Shown: piece after piece, positions 32,392 to 43,026 of the stretch | Numbering within the stretch: the first letter of the stretch is position 1 | How the letters are laid out: each line of letters starts with the position of its first letter | Source: Prochlorococcus sp. AG-347-I06 | Lineage (GTDB): Bacteria > Cyanobacteriota > Cyanobacteriia > PCC-6307 > Cyanobiaceae | DNA length: 64,000 nt | NCBI GenBank assembly: GCA_003281605.1 | Contig: QCBM01000005.1 | Location: forward strand, 19,791-83,790 | Reading direction: 5' to 3' | Made by a program: the position numbers and the translations under genes | Notes under the pieces: model-generated | Databases searched by the model: none | Told to the model about the DNA's origin: nothing | Seen by the model: only the letters and a program-made list of their open reading frames with translations

Positions 32392-33549
32392 GTGGTTCAT
32401 ATTGCCTGGTTGGGAAAAAAATCCCCTTTTTGTGGAAATGTAACTTACGGTAACTTAACTACTAAGGAATTAAAGGCCAGAGGATATAAAATTAGTTTTA
32501 TTCATTTCGATAATCCCTCTAGTTCAAATTCATCAAAACCATTATTTCTTGCAAATGATCCTGATGTAAGTCTCCCATATTTAATTAAATCTCAAGTATA
32601 TACAATACCCTCTCCAAGGGCAGAAAAAGAGCTGAGGCTATCATTGGAAAGATTAAAACCTGACATAGTACATGCAAGCCTAACTTTATCTCCTTTAGAC
32701 TTTAGACTTCCAGAGCTTTGTAATAAAATTAATGTTCCTCTTATAGGAACATTTCATCCACCATTTGATGCAAAAAATAGAAATCTTACTGCTAGCACAC
32801 AACAATTAACGTATCAACTTTATGCTCCCTCTTTAGCAAAGTTCGATAAGATAATTATTTTTTCTGAACCTCAAAAAAATGTTCTTGAGAAATTAGGAGT
32901 ACCTAAAGAAAAACAAATAATTATTCCAAACGGAGTTGATGAAAATATTTGGCAACCTTTTTGCGAAAAAAGTAAAAAATATAATCAGGTTAAAAACAAA
33001 CTTGGAAATGAAAGAATCTTTTTATACATGGGAAGGATTGCAAATGAAAAAAATATAGAGGCACTTTTACGTTCTTGGCGCCAAACAAGAACTCAAAATT
33101 GCAAATTAGTTATTGTTGGAGATGGACCAATGAAGCCAACACTTGAAAATAGTTTTTCTAACCTTGGTAATGAGAAATTAATTTGGTGGGGTGCCGAATT
33201 AGATTTAGAAACTAGGATAGCAATAATGCAAATAGCAGAAGTATTTTTCTTGCCAAGCTTAGTAGAAGGTTTATCATTATCACTTTTAGAGGCAATGTCG
33301 GCTGGTACTGCTTGTGTAGCTACAGATGCAGGAGCGGATGGTGAAGTTTTAGATAACGGAGCAGGAATAGTAATTTCAACTGATAATGTGGCTGCACAAT
33401 TAAAAACTATAATCCCAATTCTTGTAGAACACCCTTCATTTACAAAAGATCTTGGAGAAAAAGCTAGAGAACGTGTACTTGAGAGATACACAATTACTAA
33501 AAATATAAATTCACTTGAAAAAGTTTATATGAACTTAAAAGATAATTGA
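32392..33549 (+). CDS. Glycosyltransferase family 4
   Basis: IPNGVD, YMGRIANEKN, EGLSLSLLEAM and TDAGADGE motifs. Confidence 0.92.
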   Translation: MVHIAWLGKKSPFCGNVTYGNLTTKELKARGYKISFIHFDNPSSSNSSKPLFLANDPDVSLPYLIKSQVYTIPSPRAEKELRLSLERLKPDIVHASLTLSPLDFRLPELCNKINVPLIGTFHPPFDAKNRNLTASTQQLTYQLYAPSLAKFDKIIIFSEPQKNVLEKLGVPKEKQIIIPNGVDENIWQPFCEKSKKYNQVKNKLGNERIFLYMGRIANEKNIEALLRSWRQTRTQNCKLVIVGDGPMKPTLENSFSNLGNEKLIWWGAELDLETRIAIMQIAEVFFLPSLVEGLSLSLLEAMSAGTACVATDAGADGEVLDNGAGIVISTDNVAAQLKTIIPILVEHPSFTKDLGEKARERVLERYTITKNINSLEKVYMNLKDN

Positions 33550-33554
33550 AAAAA

Positions 33555-34367
33555 CTAACGAAACTCTTTACTTCGATTACTAGCTGAAACTATTGATTCA
33601 ATTAATGCTGACCTTACACCCTTTTTTTCTAAAACCCTTAAAGCAGAGATAGTTGTTCCACCTGGAGAGGTTACTAAATTTTTCAGCTCAGAAGTAGTAA
33701 GTTTATTTTCCTTTATTAAACAAATAGTCCCTAATATCATTTCCATAACAAGTTCCTCTGAATTTTTTTTTGGTAATCCCCCGCTTAATCCTCCATCACT
33801 TAATGCTTCTATAATCAAAGCAATAATTGCAGGACCTGATGAAGTTAAAGCTAAAAATATATCAAGGTAATCTTCAGTAAATTCATAAATTTTGCTAGTA
33901 TTTTCAAATAATTTTTTTGTAAATTGTTTCTGATCTTCTGTAATTTCTTCTCCCCAAGAAATCCCTGTTAAACCTTTTCCAATAGTTATTGGAATATTTG
34001 TAACCACCCTCACACATTTATGATTAGGAAACTTTTGGGTAAGTCTTTTTATTGAAACCCCAGCAAGAATTGAAACTAATAAATTGTCCTTATTTTTTAT
34101 TTGATGGTCCTCACTTATATCATCTAATTGTTGGGGTTTTATCGAAAGAAGTTTATATTGACAATCCCAAATTATTTTTGACTCTTTAGAGCCTGATTTA
34201 TAAACGTTTATATTATGTTTATAATTTTTTTTTATGTTTTCTAAACTTTTTTCTGTATTTACAACACAAAAAACATTCTCTGGCTGAATTAATTTGTTAT
34301 CTAGTAGAGGGGTAACTATGGCACTTGCAATATTTCCAAAACCAATAATCGCAATTTTATCTGTCAC
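33555..34367 (-). CDS. proC: Pyrroline-5-carboxylate reductase
   Basis: GFGNIA, SSGPA and VTSPGGTT motifs. Confidence 0.95.
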   Translation of the reverse strand: MTDKIAIIGFGNIASAIVTPLLDNKLIQPENVFCVVNTEKSLENIKKNYKHNINVYKSGSKESKIIWDCQYKLLSIKPQQLDDISEDHQIKNKDNLLVSILAGVSIKRLTQKFPNHKCVRVVTNIPITIGKGLTGISWGEEITEDQKQFTKKLFENTSKIYEFTEDYLDIFLALTSSGPAIIALIIEALSDGGLSGGLPKKNSEELVMEMILGTICLIKENKLTTSELKNLVTSPGGTTISALRVLEKKGVRSALIESIVSASNRSKEFR

Positions 34368-34374
34368 AGATTAA

Positions 34375-34950
34375 TCATGAATAAGCACTTAATTTAGAAT
34401 TTCCCCATGCTGGTTCAGGAGTAGTATTTTTGCCAAAACTATATTGTGGTGTGTTTTCTGAAGACACGGAAGAAGGAGAAGCTTCTTCTGGGGAAGAACT
34501 AGTTACATTTACACAACTTGGGGCAAAAAGAAAAATACTTTCACCAACTCTCTCTTGATGTCCATCAATTGCATATGTACCACCAGCAATAAAATCAACC
34601 GCTCTTTGAGCTTGATCAGGATCCATCATAGTTAAATTGAGAATTACAGTTTTTCTCTCTCTTAATGCTTGTATAGCTTGAGGCATCTCATCAAAACTTC
34701 TTGGTTCCATTAAACTTACTTCTGAAGATGAATTTGAGATTCCAGGCATACCAACTACTTTTGATGATCTGTTATTATTCATAAAATCGAATGGATTTGA
34801 ATTTGCAAGGGCATTTGCATTCTTTGGATTTTGTTTGAAATTATTAATATCATTTAATTCATCCTCTGAAGGATAATCCAACTCATCAAAATCATCATCG
34901 AGATACTCATCCCCTGCAACAACTGCCTTTAATCTAGAAATAAGTGACAC
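34375..34950 (-). CDS. sepF: Cell division protein SepF
   Basis: EPRSFDE...[17 protein letters not shown]. Confidence 0.95.
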   Translation of the reverse strand: MSLISRLKAVVAGDEYLDDDFDELDYPSEDELNDINNFKQNPKNANALANSNPFDFMNNNRSSKVVGMPGISNSSSEVSLMEPRSFDEMPQAIQALRERKTVILNLTMMDPDQAQRAVDFIAGGTYAIDGHQERVGESIFLFAPSCVNVTSSSPEEASPSSVSSENTPQYSFGKNTTPEPAWGNSKLSAYS

Positions 34951-35101
34951 CTTTTAAATCCTCTTGAAATTGATTACTAAGGTTTAAGAACCTTGAGTAA
35001 TTGATTCATTTTTTAAATGAATAAACTACCTATACTTAGATAACGTTAGTTGAACTTTACTGCAAGTTTATAGATAAGATTTTTATAAAAAAAATAACTT
35101 A

Positions 35102-35737
35102 TTAGGATCTATCTCCAAAAATCAATGATCCTAATCTTAACCAAGTTGATCCAGCGTCAATAGCTTCCTCCCAATCACCTGACATACCCATGGAACAATC
35201 TGGTAGTTGCAGAGAATCAGCGAGAGCACGACATTTTTTGAACAACCCTGAATTTTCTTTAGAGCTAAGTCCTTTAGGATTAATAGTCATCAAACCGATT
35301 AATGAAATATTTTTCAAATCTTGAATTTCTCTCCATTTCAAAATTAAAAATTCAGGGTTAAAGCCTCCTTTAGAAGGGTCATCACTCAACTTAACCTGCA
35401 ACATAATTAATGGATTTTTCTTCTCTTCACTTGAAATATTAGAAATCTTTTGCAACTTTTCAAATGAATCTACTGAATGAATATATTTAAAATTTTGAAC
35501 AATTTTTCTTATTTTATTACTTTGTATTCTTCCAATAAAATGCCAATTAATTTGTTTAAGATCTATTAAGGTTAATTGTTTTTCAAGCGCCTCTTGAACC
35601 TTACTTTCACCAAAATCATTCTGACCTATATTTTGAATAGTCTTGATTTCTTGACTTTTAAATCCTTTACTTACCGCAAGAATATTTACATTTGATGGTA
35701 TTTTATTTTTTATTTTTAAATAATTTTCAGGGTTCAC
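35102..35737 (-). CDS. yggS: PLP homeostasis protein
   Basis: LAVSK, FGESKVQE, WHFIGRIQSNK and SMGMSGD motifs. Confidence 0.95.
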   Translation of the reverse strand: MNPENYLKIKNKIPSNVNILAVSKGFKSQEIKTIQNIGQNDFGESKVQEALEKQLTLIDLKQINWHFIGRIQSNKIRKIVQNFKYIHSVDSFEKLQKISNISSEEKKNPLIMLQVKLSDDPSKGGFNPEFLILKWREIQDLKNISLIGLMTINPKGLSSKENSGLFKKCRALADSLQLPDCSMGMSGDWEEAIDAGSTWLRLGSLIFGDRS

Positions 35738-35740
35738 CTT

Positions 35741-36007
35741 TTATAAGAAAGTTTGCGTAAATAAATTCTCCCATTTAGATAGTTCCTCAGATCCTTTTCT
35801 TCTAGCTTTTTGAAGATTTAATTCGGCCTGATTACGAGCATCTAAATAAGGTATAACTTCAAAAAAAACTTCTCTTTGTCGAACTTCTACCAAAAAAAAC
35901 ATTTTTTGAGCGTATAAAGTCGCATAAATATCTCTCCCATCATTTCCAGGAGAAACTTGGTATAGCATGCCAAATGTTGGATGGTTTAAATAACGCTCAG
36001 AACTCAA
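35741..36007 (-). CDS. pipX: PII-interacting protein X
   Basis: ERYLNHPTFGMLY...FATLY-like YATLYAQKMFF. Confidence 0.95.
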   Translation of the reverse strand: MSSERYLNHPTFGMLYQVSPGNDGRDIYATLYAQKMFFLVEVRQREVFFEVIPYLDARNQAELNLQKARRKGSEELSKWENLFTQTFL

Positions 36008-36026
36008 ACCTAAAATATTGTGTTAT

Positions 36027-36941
36027 TTATAATGCACCATACAGTTTTCTAAGAAAAATTGCTATGCAAATAAAACAAATCGATAATGTATTAACAATTA
36101 CATTGAGAGATTTTGAAGGATAAAGAGTTCTAAATCTGTTGGTTTTTATAATAATTTTTTTCTTTGAGAGTAATGATTCTGCTCCTTGATCAATTCTCAG
36201 AAATATATTTTGAAATAATCTTTCTACTAAGATTAATAAAACATTAAAGGATTTCTTTAATCCTAAATTTCGAAAATTTATTGATCTAACTGACACTGAT
36301 TTAATGATATTTTGAAATTCTTCCTGCACTAGAGGAATAAAACGTAATGCAATTAACAACTGAAAAAGCCACTTACTAATTGGCAATCCAATCTTTCTTA
36401 ATGGATACATAAACCAACTTAATCCCCATACAATATCTTCCTGCAATGTGGTTAAAAGCATCAAATTCACACTATGAATAACGGTAAATATCAAAGTAGA
36501 GGTTTTTATTCCTAGTTCAAAGGCTTTTCTTGATAAGTTAAAGGGACCTAAATTAAAAAACCATATCTTCTGAGAAGGAATTTGCAAAATATTCCATTCT
36601 TTTTGGCTTTCCAGTACTACGTCCAACTCATTGGGATTTCTTAAGTAGCCATCAAGAGATTGAATATCAGAAGAAGCAAGTATTGATATACATCCAATTA
36701 ATAGTGATAAAAATGAGAGAAAAAATAAAGATCGCCACCATACTCTAGATGGCAATAAACTTAAAAAAGTAATTAATAATAAAAAACCAACTAAACTCAA
36801 TCTCCATATTGGACCTGCCCAAATTGGAGTGATTAAAAATATCATTACGATGATTATTTTTAATCGACTGTCTATAATTCTCAGCCAACTTCTATTACCA
36901 TGAACGTATTGACCAACAGAAAATTTGGTTAGCAAATTCAT
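36027..36941 (-). CDS. ECF transporter transmembrane component (CbiQ/EcfT)
   Basis: Multiple TM segments; ALRFIPLVQEE. Confidence 0.85.
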   Translation of the reverse strand: MNLLTKFSVGQYVHGNRSWLRIIDSRLKIIIVMIFLITPIWAGPIWRLSLVGFLLLITFLSLLPSRVWWRSLFFLSFLSLLIGCISILASSDIQSLDGYLRNPNELDVVLESQKEWNILQIPSQKIWFFNLGPFNLSRKAFELGIKTSTLIFTVIHSVNLMLLTTLQEDIVWGLSWFMYPLRKIGLPISKWLFQLLIALRFIPLVQEEFQNIIKSVSVRSINFRNLGLKKSFNVLLILVERLFQNIFLRIDQGAESLLSKKKIIIKTNRFRTLYPSKSLNVIVNTLSICFICIAIFLRKLYGAL

Positions 36942-38314
36942 TAATCTTTTTGAATTAACTCAATATTTTCCCTTTCGACTTCTTTATTTAAAGCTCTCTG
37001 CTGTTTTCCCCTCCAAAGTAAAATGAGGGGTGTGCCTTCAAAGCCTAAATTTACTCTAATTTGTTTTTCAATATATCTTCTATAAGTTATTCCGAATAAT
37101 TTAGGGTCATTTACAAAAAGAGTAAAAGTTGGAGGTTTGTTCTTTACTTGAGTACCGTAATAAAGTCTACCTTGCTTGCCGCTTCTCTTCGTTGGAGGAT
37201 TTTTCCAACTGATTGATTCTTTAAGTACTTCATTAACTACTGATGTTGTAACTCTTCTTCTATGTTGATTTACAGCGTTAAGAGCATGTTCAAAAATATT
37301 ATCAACTCTTTGACCAGTTAGGGCCGATATAAAAATCATTTTTGACCAATGTAAAAAATAAAGTTTAGATCTAAGTTCTTTTTCTACTTGATAAATTGTT
37401 GAACTATTTTTTTCTACAAGATCCCATTTATTAACAACAATTATGCAAGCTCTGCCTTGTTCTTCAATGCGCCCAGCCAGCTTCTGATCTTGATCAGTTA
37501 CTCCGTCAACCGCATCTATAACTAAAACACAAACATCACTTCTATCTATTGATTTAAAAGCCCTATTAATACCAAAGAATTCAGTACCATATTTAACATT
37601 TTTCTTTCTTCTAATCCCTGCAGTATCAATAATTTTCCAATGATTATCACCTTTTTTAATAAGCGTATCTATTGAATCAGTTGTCGTACCACTAATATCA
37701 CTAACTATTGCTCTCTTTTCTCCACAGATTGAATTTAACAAACTAGATTTACCAACATTTGGCCTACCAATAATTGACATCATTATCTTTTCTTCATCAT
37801 CCTCGATATTATTTTCAGGAAGTTCGCCAATAACGAGATCTAAAAGATCTCCAGTACCTGAACCATGAATAGCCGAAACAGGGTTAGGTTCGCCCAATCC
37901 TAATTTCCAGAACTCTGAAGCTAAGGATATTCCAAGAGTAGTCGATTCGCATTTATTAACAGCAACAATTGTTTTACAGCTTGAGTTTCTTAACCATTTT
38001 GCTATTGATAAATCACCATCGGTAACGCCTTGATTCCCATCTACTACCAGTAAAGCTAGTGAAGCCTCTTCTAGAGCCAAGAAAACTTGTGTCCTTATCT
38101 CGGGGAGAAATTCACTATCATCATCAAAAACTAAACCTCCAGTATCAACTATCTGGAATTCCTTACCTCCCCATGAAGCATTTTGATAAGTTCTATCTCT
38201 TGTAACACCTGGCTTATCAAATACTATTGCATCATTACTTTGGCAAAGACGATTTACTAAGGTAGATTTCCCAACATTAGGTCTTCCGATGATTGCTATT
38301 GTAGGAAGAATCAA
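36941..38314 (-). CDS. der: Ribosome biogenesis GTPase Der (EngA)
   Basis: Two GRPNVGKS P-loops; PPTF KH-like tail. Confidence 0.98.
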   Translation of the reverse strand: MILPTIAIIGRPNVGKSTLVNRLCQSNDAIVFDKPGVTRDRTYQNASWGGKEFQIVDTGGLVFDDDSEFLPEIRTQVFLALEEASLALLVVDGNQGVTDGDLSIAKWLRNSSCKTIVAVNKCESTTLGISLASEFWKLGLGEPNPVSAIHGSGTGDLLDLVIGELPENNIEDDEEKIMMSIIGRPNVGKSSLLNSICGEKRAIVSDISGTTTDSIDTLIKKGDNHWKIIDTAGIRRKKNVKYGTEFFGINRAFKSIDRSDVCVLVIDAVDGVTDQDQKLAGRIEEQGRACIIVVNKWDLVEKNSSTIYQVEKELRSKLYFLHWSKMIFISALTGQRVDNIFEHALNAVNQHRRRVTTSVVNEVLKESISWKNPPTKRSGKQGRLYYGTQVKNKPPTFTLFVNDPKLFGITYRRYIEKQIRVNLGFEGTPLILLWRGKQQRALNKEVERENIELIQKD

Positions 38315-38388
38315 TTCTTCTCTCCAAAGAAATTAGTATCCATTACAACTATACCTTTAATAGAATCATTTACCTTTTTCAAAAAAAC

Positions 38389-38874
38389 TTATTTAATTTC
38401 TGGATCGCCAAAATGCCCTTTAACTGGATTAACAGGGGGTGAACTAGGACTTGGCATTAATCCACTTTCTTTTGAAAAACAATCATTTTCAATCGCCCAA
38501 TAAATCAACCAATTTACTGCCGTCGCTCTTCTAGTTCTTCTTGGATAGAGTTCATTAATCTTATAGCCTTTAAAATTAAGAAAATTTTTCAATCCCTGTT
38601 TATACTCTTTTGGAATTGATCGAGTCAAATGTACTGAGGCTGGTCGCTCTGAAATGATTTGTGGAGCTTTTTCAAATTTCTCTGACCAATAAGAAGGAGT
38701 TAATGAGCTGGAAACCCAATTATTTAAAGTTATTTCTCTAGTATAAAAAAGTCTTTCCCAAACTAATTCACAAACAAATACGTCACTAACCTTATCTTCA
38801 AGAACAAAAAATAATAGATCCTTACATATTGTCCATGTAAATTGATTTTCAACTAATTTTTCTTTTTTATACAT
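38389..38874 (-). CDS. DUF1823 family protein
   Basis: VHLTRSIPKEYKQ...YPRRTRRATAVNWL. Confidence 0.85.
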   Translation of the reverse strand: MYKKEKLVENQFTWTICKDLLFFVLEDKVSDVFVCELVWERLFYTREITLNNWVSSSLTPSYWSEKFEKAPQIISERPASVHLTRSIPKEYKQGLKNFLNFKGYKINELYPRRTRRATAVNWLIYWAIENDCFSKESGLMPSPSSPPVNPVKGHFGDPEIK

Positions 38875-39629
38875 TAATCGAACCTTATCAAAATCAAAGA
38901 AAAATAAGGCATAAATTCCTTTTTATATTGAGATGCATATTGAATAATTTGATCAGGCATACCAACACTCAAAGCTATTAATGATTTATTGATGATATCC
39001 TCTTTTTTTAAAATTTCCCTGACTAAATTCCATCTTTTGCCAACTTTCATAATGGCTAATACGGTTTTATTGGCCTTACTTTCCCTAATTAGGGTTGTTA
39101 ATTCAGATTCTAAGGAAGGGCATTCTTTGATGATCAAAGTCTCGCCTTTTTTTACCAAATCAAAATCATTCAAAGCTGCTGCTGCCGCAATAGAGGAAAT
39201 ACCAGGTATGGTTTTGGTAATAATTTCAGCATGATTTTTTTTTATTAACCTCAAAATATTAGAAGAGCTTGCAAATAGTGAAGTATCTCCAAGACAAAGT
39301 AAAACAACTGATTCTCCATTTTTTATAAATTTCACAATTTTATCTACTGCGTTAGACCATATTTCATCTGGATCAAAATCCTTCCTAGCCATTGGAAAGA
39401 TGATAGGTATATTTTTTTTAAATTTGGTGTATTTCTTGACTATTTCCGCAGCGAAGCTCTTTTTATTATCATCTGATATTGGAAAAACTATAACTTTCGC
39501 TTTTTTTATTGCATCCACAGCAGCAAGTGTTAAAAGCGATGGATCTCCAGGGCCTACACCAACGATTGTGAATGTTGGTAAATCAGTTTTATATCGATTA
39601 AGTAAACTTAAAAACTTGTTTATTATCAT
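38874..39629 (-). CDS. cobI: Precorrin-2 C20-methyltransferase
   Basis: VGVGPGDPSLLT, LGDTSLF and PGISS motifs; ATG 39629 preferred. Confidence 0.9.
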   Translation of the reverse strand: MIINKFLSLLNRYKTDLPTFTIVGVGPGDPSLLTLAAVDAIKKAKVIVFPISDDNKKSFAAEIVKKYTKFKKNIPIIFPMARKDFDPDEIWSNAVDKIVKFIKNGESVVLLCLGDTSLFASSSNILRLIKKNHAEIITKTIPGISSIAAAAALNDFDLVKKGETLIIKECPSLESELTTLIRESKANKTVLAIMKVGKRWNLVREILKKEDIINKSLIALSVGMPDQIIQYASQYKKEFMPYFSLILIRFD

Positions 39630-39645
39630 TTTTATTTTATTAACT

Positions 39646-40254
39646 TTAGCTATGTACCCTTGGTAATACAAAAGTTTCTGCTAATATTGATGACTCTATT
39701 TCAGACAATTCCTGTAACCTTTTGAAAGTTTGATTTTTGGAGAATTTAGTTTGCGCTAGTTTCCAGTAAACTCCAAAATGTCTTGCCTCACTCTCAAGCA
39801 GAGACTCATAAAGGGATTTAAATGATTTATCTTCAGAATTCAGCGCAAGCAAACTTAATCTTTCATGACTTCTTGCTTCAATAAGTCCTGCTATTAAGAA
39901 ACTATCAAGCATTCTATTGGGCTCTTCCTTTCTTATGTTCTTGGACAATTCAGCTCCATATGGAGGCGGTTTTAAGGACTCAAGAGAATGTCCAAGATCC
40001 TTTAAAAAATAAAGTATTTTTTCAAAATGCTCTAATTCCTCTCTCGCTATTGGACTTAGAACTTCTGCCAGATTTGGTTCTGATGGATATCTAAACATTA
40101 ATTGAATAGCTACTCCTGCTGCTTTTCTTTCACAATGAGCATGGTCAATAAGAATATCAATTGGATTAGATAATGCGAGTTTGATCCACTCATCTGAGGT
40201 AAATGACGATAGGTATTTAATATGAGAAGTTGGCCTTTTGAAATCGACTAACAT
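39646..40254 (-). CDS. miaE: tRNA ms2io6A hydroxylase
   Basis: DHAHCERKAA, EELEHF, IEARSHER and SEARHF diiron motifs. Confidence 0.95.
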   Translation of the reverse strand: MLVDFKRPTSHIKYLSSFTSDEWIKLALSNPIDILIDHAHCERKAAGVAIQLMFRYPSEPNLAEVLSPIAREELEHFEKILYFLKDLGHSLESLKPPPYGAELSKNIRKEEPNRMLDSFLIAGLIEARSHERLSLLALNSEDKSFKSLYESLLESEARHFGVYWKLAQTKFSKNQTFKRLQELSEIESSILAETFVLPRVHS

Positions 40255-40701
40255 TTAATCTTTACTATTTAGATATCCAATAATTCCTTCAAGAGCTAAG
40301 GAATAACTTGATATGCCGAACCCACTAATAATCCCTATAGCCTTATCTGTAAGAAAAGATTCTTTACGAAAATCCTCTCTACTGAAAATATTTGAAATAT
40401 GTAACTCTACAAACGGAATTTTTGATCCAATTAAAGCATCACGAATAGAAATCGAGGTATGAGTAAAAGCGCCAGCATTTATAAGAATACCTTGGATACT
40501 TTTGACAGATTCTTGAATTTTATCTACTATTTCTCCTTCATGATTACTTTGAAAACATACAAGATTAATACTTTTTTCTTTAGCAACTTTAGTTAAATCT
40601 TTTTCTATATCACAAAGTGTTTTATTACCATATATTTCAGGTTCTCTAGTTCCCAAAAGATTTAGATTCGGTCCATTTATCAATAAGATATTCATCATCA
40701 A
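40255..40701 (-). CDS. aroQ: Type II 3-dehydroquinate dehydratase
   Basis: [17 protein letters not shown] and ELHISN motifs. Confidence 0.98.
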   Translation of the reverse strand: MMMNILLINGPNLNLLGTREPEIYGNKTLCDIEKDLTKVAKEKSINLVCFQSNHEGEIVDKIQESVKSIQGILINAGAFTHTSISIRDALIGSKIPFVELHISNIFSREDFRKESFLTDKAIGIISGFGISSYSLALEGIIGYLNSKD

Positions 40702-40796
40702 TAAAGTCTTTTCTATTAAATGCTATCTAGAAAGAAACAAAAAAACCAAAACATTTTCACACAAAGTGACCATTAACTGATAAGTTCAAATAGTGG

Positions 40797-40878
40797 GGGT
40801 CGGTGCCCGAGTGGTTAAAGGGGGCGGACTGTAAATCCGCTGGCTCTGCCTACGTTGGTTCAAATCCAACCCGGCCCA
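40797..40878 (+). tRNA. tRNA-Tyr(GTA)
   Basis: GGGTCGG/CCGGCCC acceptor stem, CTGTAAA anticodon loop, long variable arm, GGTTCAAATCC T arm. Confidence 0.98.
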
Positions 40879-40888
40879 CTTTAAAATT

Positions 40889-40960
<72 letters not shown>

Positions 40961-41088
40961 TGGCCAAAAGCATTGCTACAATAGAAGTTATAAGAAATTA
41001 GTTAAAATTGATTATTAGCCAGATATATCTAGATATGTCGACAATATAGCAATTCTGCACTAATATTTGCACTAATTACACTTTTAAA

Positions 41089-42438
41089 ATGACAAGTGCT
41101 AACAGCACTTCTTGGGAAAAAGAATTAAGAAAAAATATCTGCACTAATTTTGGTCGTGGAATTAGGGTTAATGGCGAAAATAGCGGTAGAACAAAACTTT
41201 TATATGTTTATAACGAAGGGCTAGGTTCTGCCAACAAAAGAACCTCTCAAACCTTACCCATCGAATGGAAGAAAACCTCAGGTATAGAAATCCTAAAAGC
41301 TATCGAATTTATAAAACCATTAATAGTTGAAAAAAACCTAACTCTTAAAGAAGCCACTAGAAGATGGAAAGCTCAATTCATTGGAGAAGCAACGAAACAA
41401 CCTAATAAAAGTTGGAATGATTTCTTATTAATAAGGCCTCTAAATAAAAATGATGCCAACTATGAAAAGGACTTAAAAGTTTATCTAAATACTGCATCAA
41501 AGGTTGATCAGTTCATGCAAACCAAACAAGGTTTAACAAGTAAAACTGAAAAAGATTGGGCTAGAAGAATTAGTAGATTCTTAGAAGAAATGAATAATAA
41601 TCCCTCTCCAAATACAGGAGTTGAACTTATAAAGAAATTATCGGATAAATACCTTATTGATATAGAACCTGATGAGAGGAAAAGATATATCAATGCTTGG
41701 TGTGAGATTTTAAAGTATGGAATCGAAAGACATTCACAGAACGAAAAAAGATGGCAACCGCCAAGCGAAGACTATAGAAAAGAACTAATTGGAAAATCTA
41801 ATAGGACTAAACAAGATAAATTAACTCCATATATAGAGGAGCATGATTTACTTAGATTATTAGATGATCTTGAATCAAGAGATTCTTCATTATTTCTAGC
41901 AGTTGGCTTAATTTCTATTTTTGGCTTAAGGCTTTCTGAACTTGCAGTTCTTAGAGCTGTAGATGGCAAACTATATGTTGGTAATATCAAAAATAATATA
42001 AACACAAAAGCAAAAAAGGAAGATAGAAGAGTTTTTCCTATGGATCTTTTGGCGAGGAAAAACCTCGGCCAAAACCTTATAGAACTATTCGAATCAAAAA
42101 AGATTACATTACCGATGCCAGTCTTAAATCAAATAGAAATGGTAAAAGATAAAAATAAATATGGTGATGTTGGTCAATCACTAAGGCAATTAATTGAAAG
42201 GAATAAGGTATGGAGAGAAATAATTAAAACTAACCCTGAAATAACACCTTATAGTTTGAGACATAGATATGCCCATCAATGTCATAAGGGTTCCACTATC
42301 CCAATATCAGTAAAAGATGCGGCGGCGGCAATGGGTCATTCTGTTGAAACTCATAATTCTTTTTATGGTTCTTACACAACGGAACTTAGCTTAGAAAAAG
42401 CATTTGAAAGACATTTAAAAAACAGGATTGAGGTTTAG
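41089..42438 (+). CDS. Tyrosine recombinase/integrase
   Basis: GLRLSEL (catalytic R), YSLRH, MGHS and HNSFY (catalytic Y). Confidence 0.92.
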   Translation: MTSANSTSWEKELRKNICTNFGRGIRVNGENSGRTKLLYVYNEGLGSANKRTSQTLPIEWKKTSGIEILKAIEFIKPLIVEKNLTLKEATRRWKAQFIGEATKQPNKSWNDFLLIRPLNKNDANYEKDLKVYLNTASKVDQFMQTKQGLTSKTEKDWARRISRFLEEMNNNPSPNTGVELIKKLSDKYLIDIEPDERKRYINAWCEILKYGIERHSQNEKRWQPPSEDYRKELIGKSNRTKQDKLTPYIEEHDLLRLLDDLESRDSSLFLAVGLISIFGLRLSELAVLRAVDGKLYVGNIKNNINTKAKKEDRRVFPMDLLARKNLGQNLIELFESKKITLPMPVLNQIEMVKDKNKYGDVGQSLRQLIERNKVWREIIKTNPEITPYSLRHRYAHQCHKGSTIPISVKDAAAAMGHSVETHNSFYGSYTTELSLEKAFERHLKNRIEV

Positions 42439-42775
42439 TTTTAACTGACGTAGGAAGGAATATATGTAGACATATCAATAAGCAGTATTAATATATATTT
42501 AACGCTTAGCGTTCTTCAAAAAAGTGGCTGAGAATTGACCAAATGGTTATGACAGCTTAAGAGCTTATGTTGGTAAAGAGTAGTTGATGTCAAATATCAT
42601 CACCCCAACAGGCAGCCACATAATTGCCAGCCCTAGTACCACCTACGACAAATTTTGGGGTCTTGAAGCATAGTTAAAAAATACTATCGGTTGCTCAGCC
42701 AAGGTACTACAGACTGAGAGACTTATTCATTATTGAGAACGAGTTTGAAGGTCGGGAAAAATATTTTTTAATCTT

Positions 42776-43024
42776 ATGAATAATCAAACTTGGCTGCCCA
42801 CAAGGGAAGCAAAAATAGTTCTAGGTTGTAGTGCCCAATTCCTAAAGAAAAATCGCGATATTTACGGTGGTTTTCTTAGAGAGGAAGACCATTATATTTT
42901 TGGCGCTAGTGTAAACTCTTCCATTCTTTGGAACGTAAAAGAAATTTTAAAAGAGTTTCACTATAGAGGACGGCTTATCAGGAAGGGTCAAGACTTAATA
43001 AGTGAATTACAAAAGGAGGTTTAA
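42776..43024 (+). CDS. Excisionase-like/HTH DNA-binding protein
   Basis: WLPTREAKIVLGCSAQFL winged-helix-like start; lies between integrase and helicase. Confidence 0.65.
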   Translation: MNNQTWLPTREAKIVLGCSAQFLKKNRDIYGGFLREEDHYIFGASVNSSILWNVKEILKEFHYRGRLIRKGQDLISELQKEV

Positions 43025-43026
43025 AA

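Noticed and set aside
642-39666. Many short antisense or nested ORFs in the track (e.g. 642-1034, 6238-6441, 14947-15228, 23877-24377, 25057-25473, 33093-33491, 39400-39666)
   Set aside because: They lie within well-supported genes on another strand or frame and have no recognisable motifs; treated as shadow ORFs
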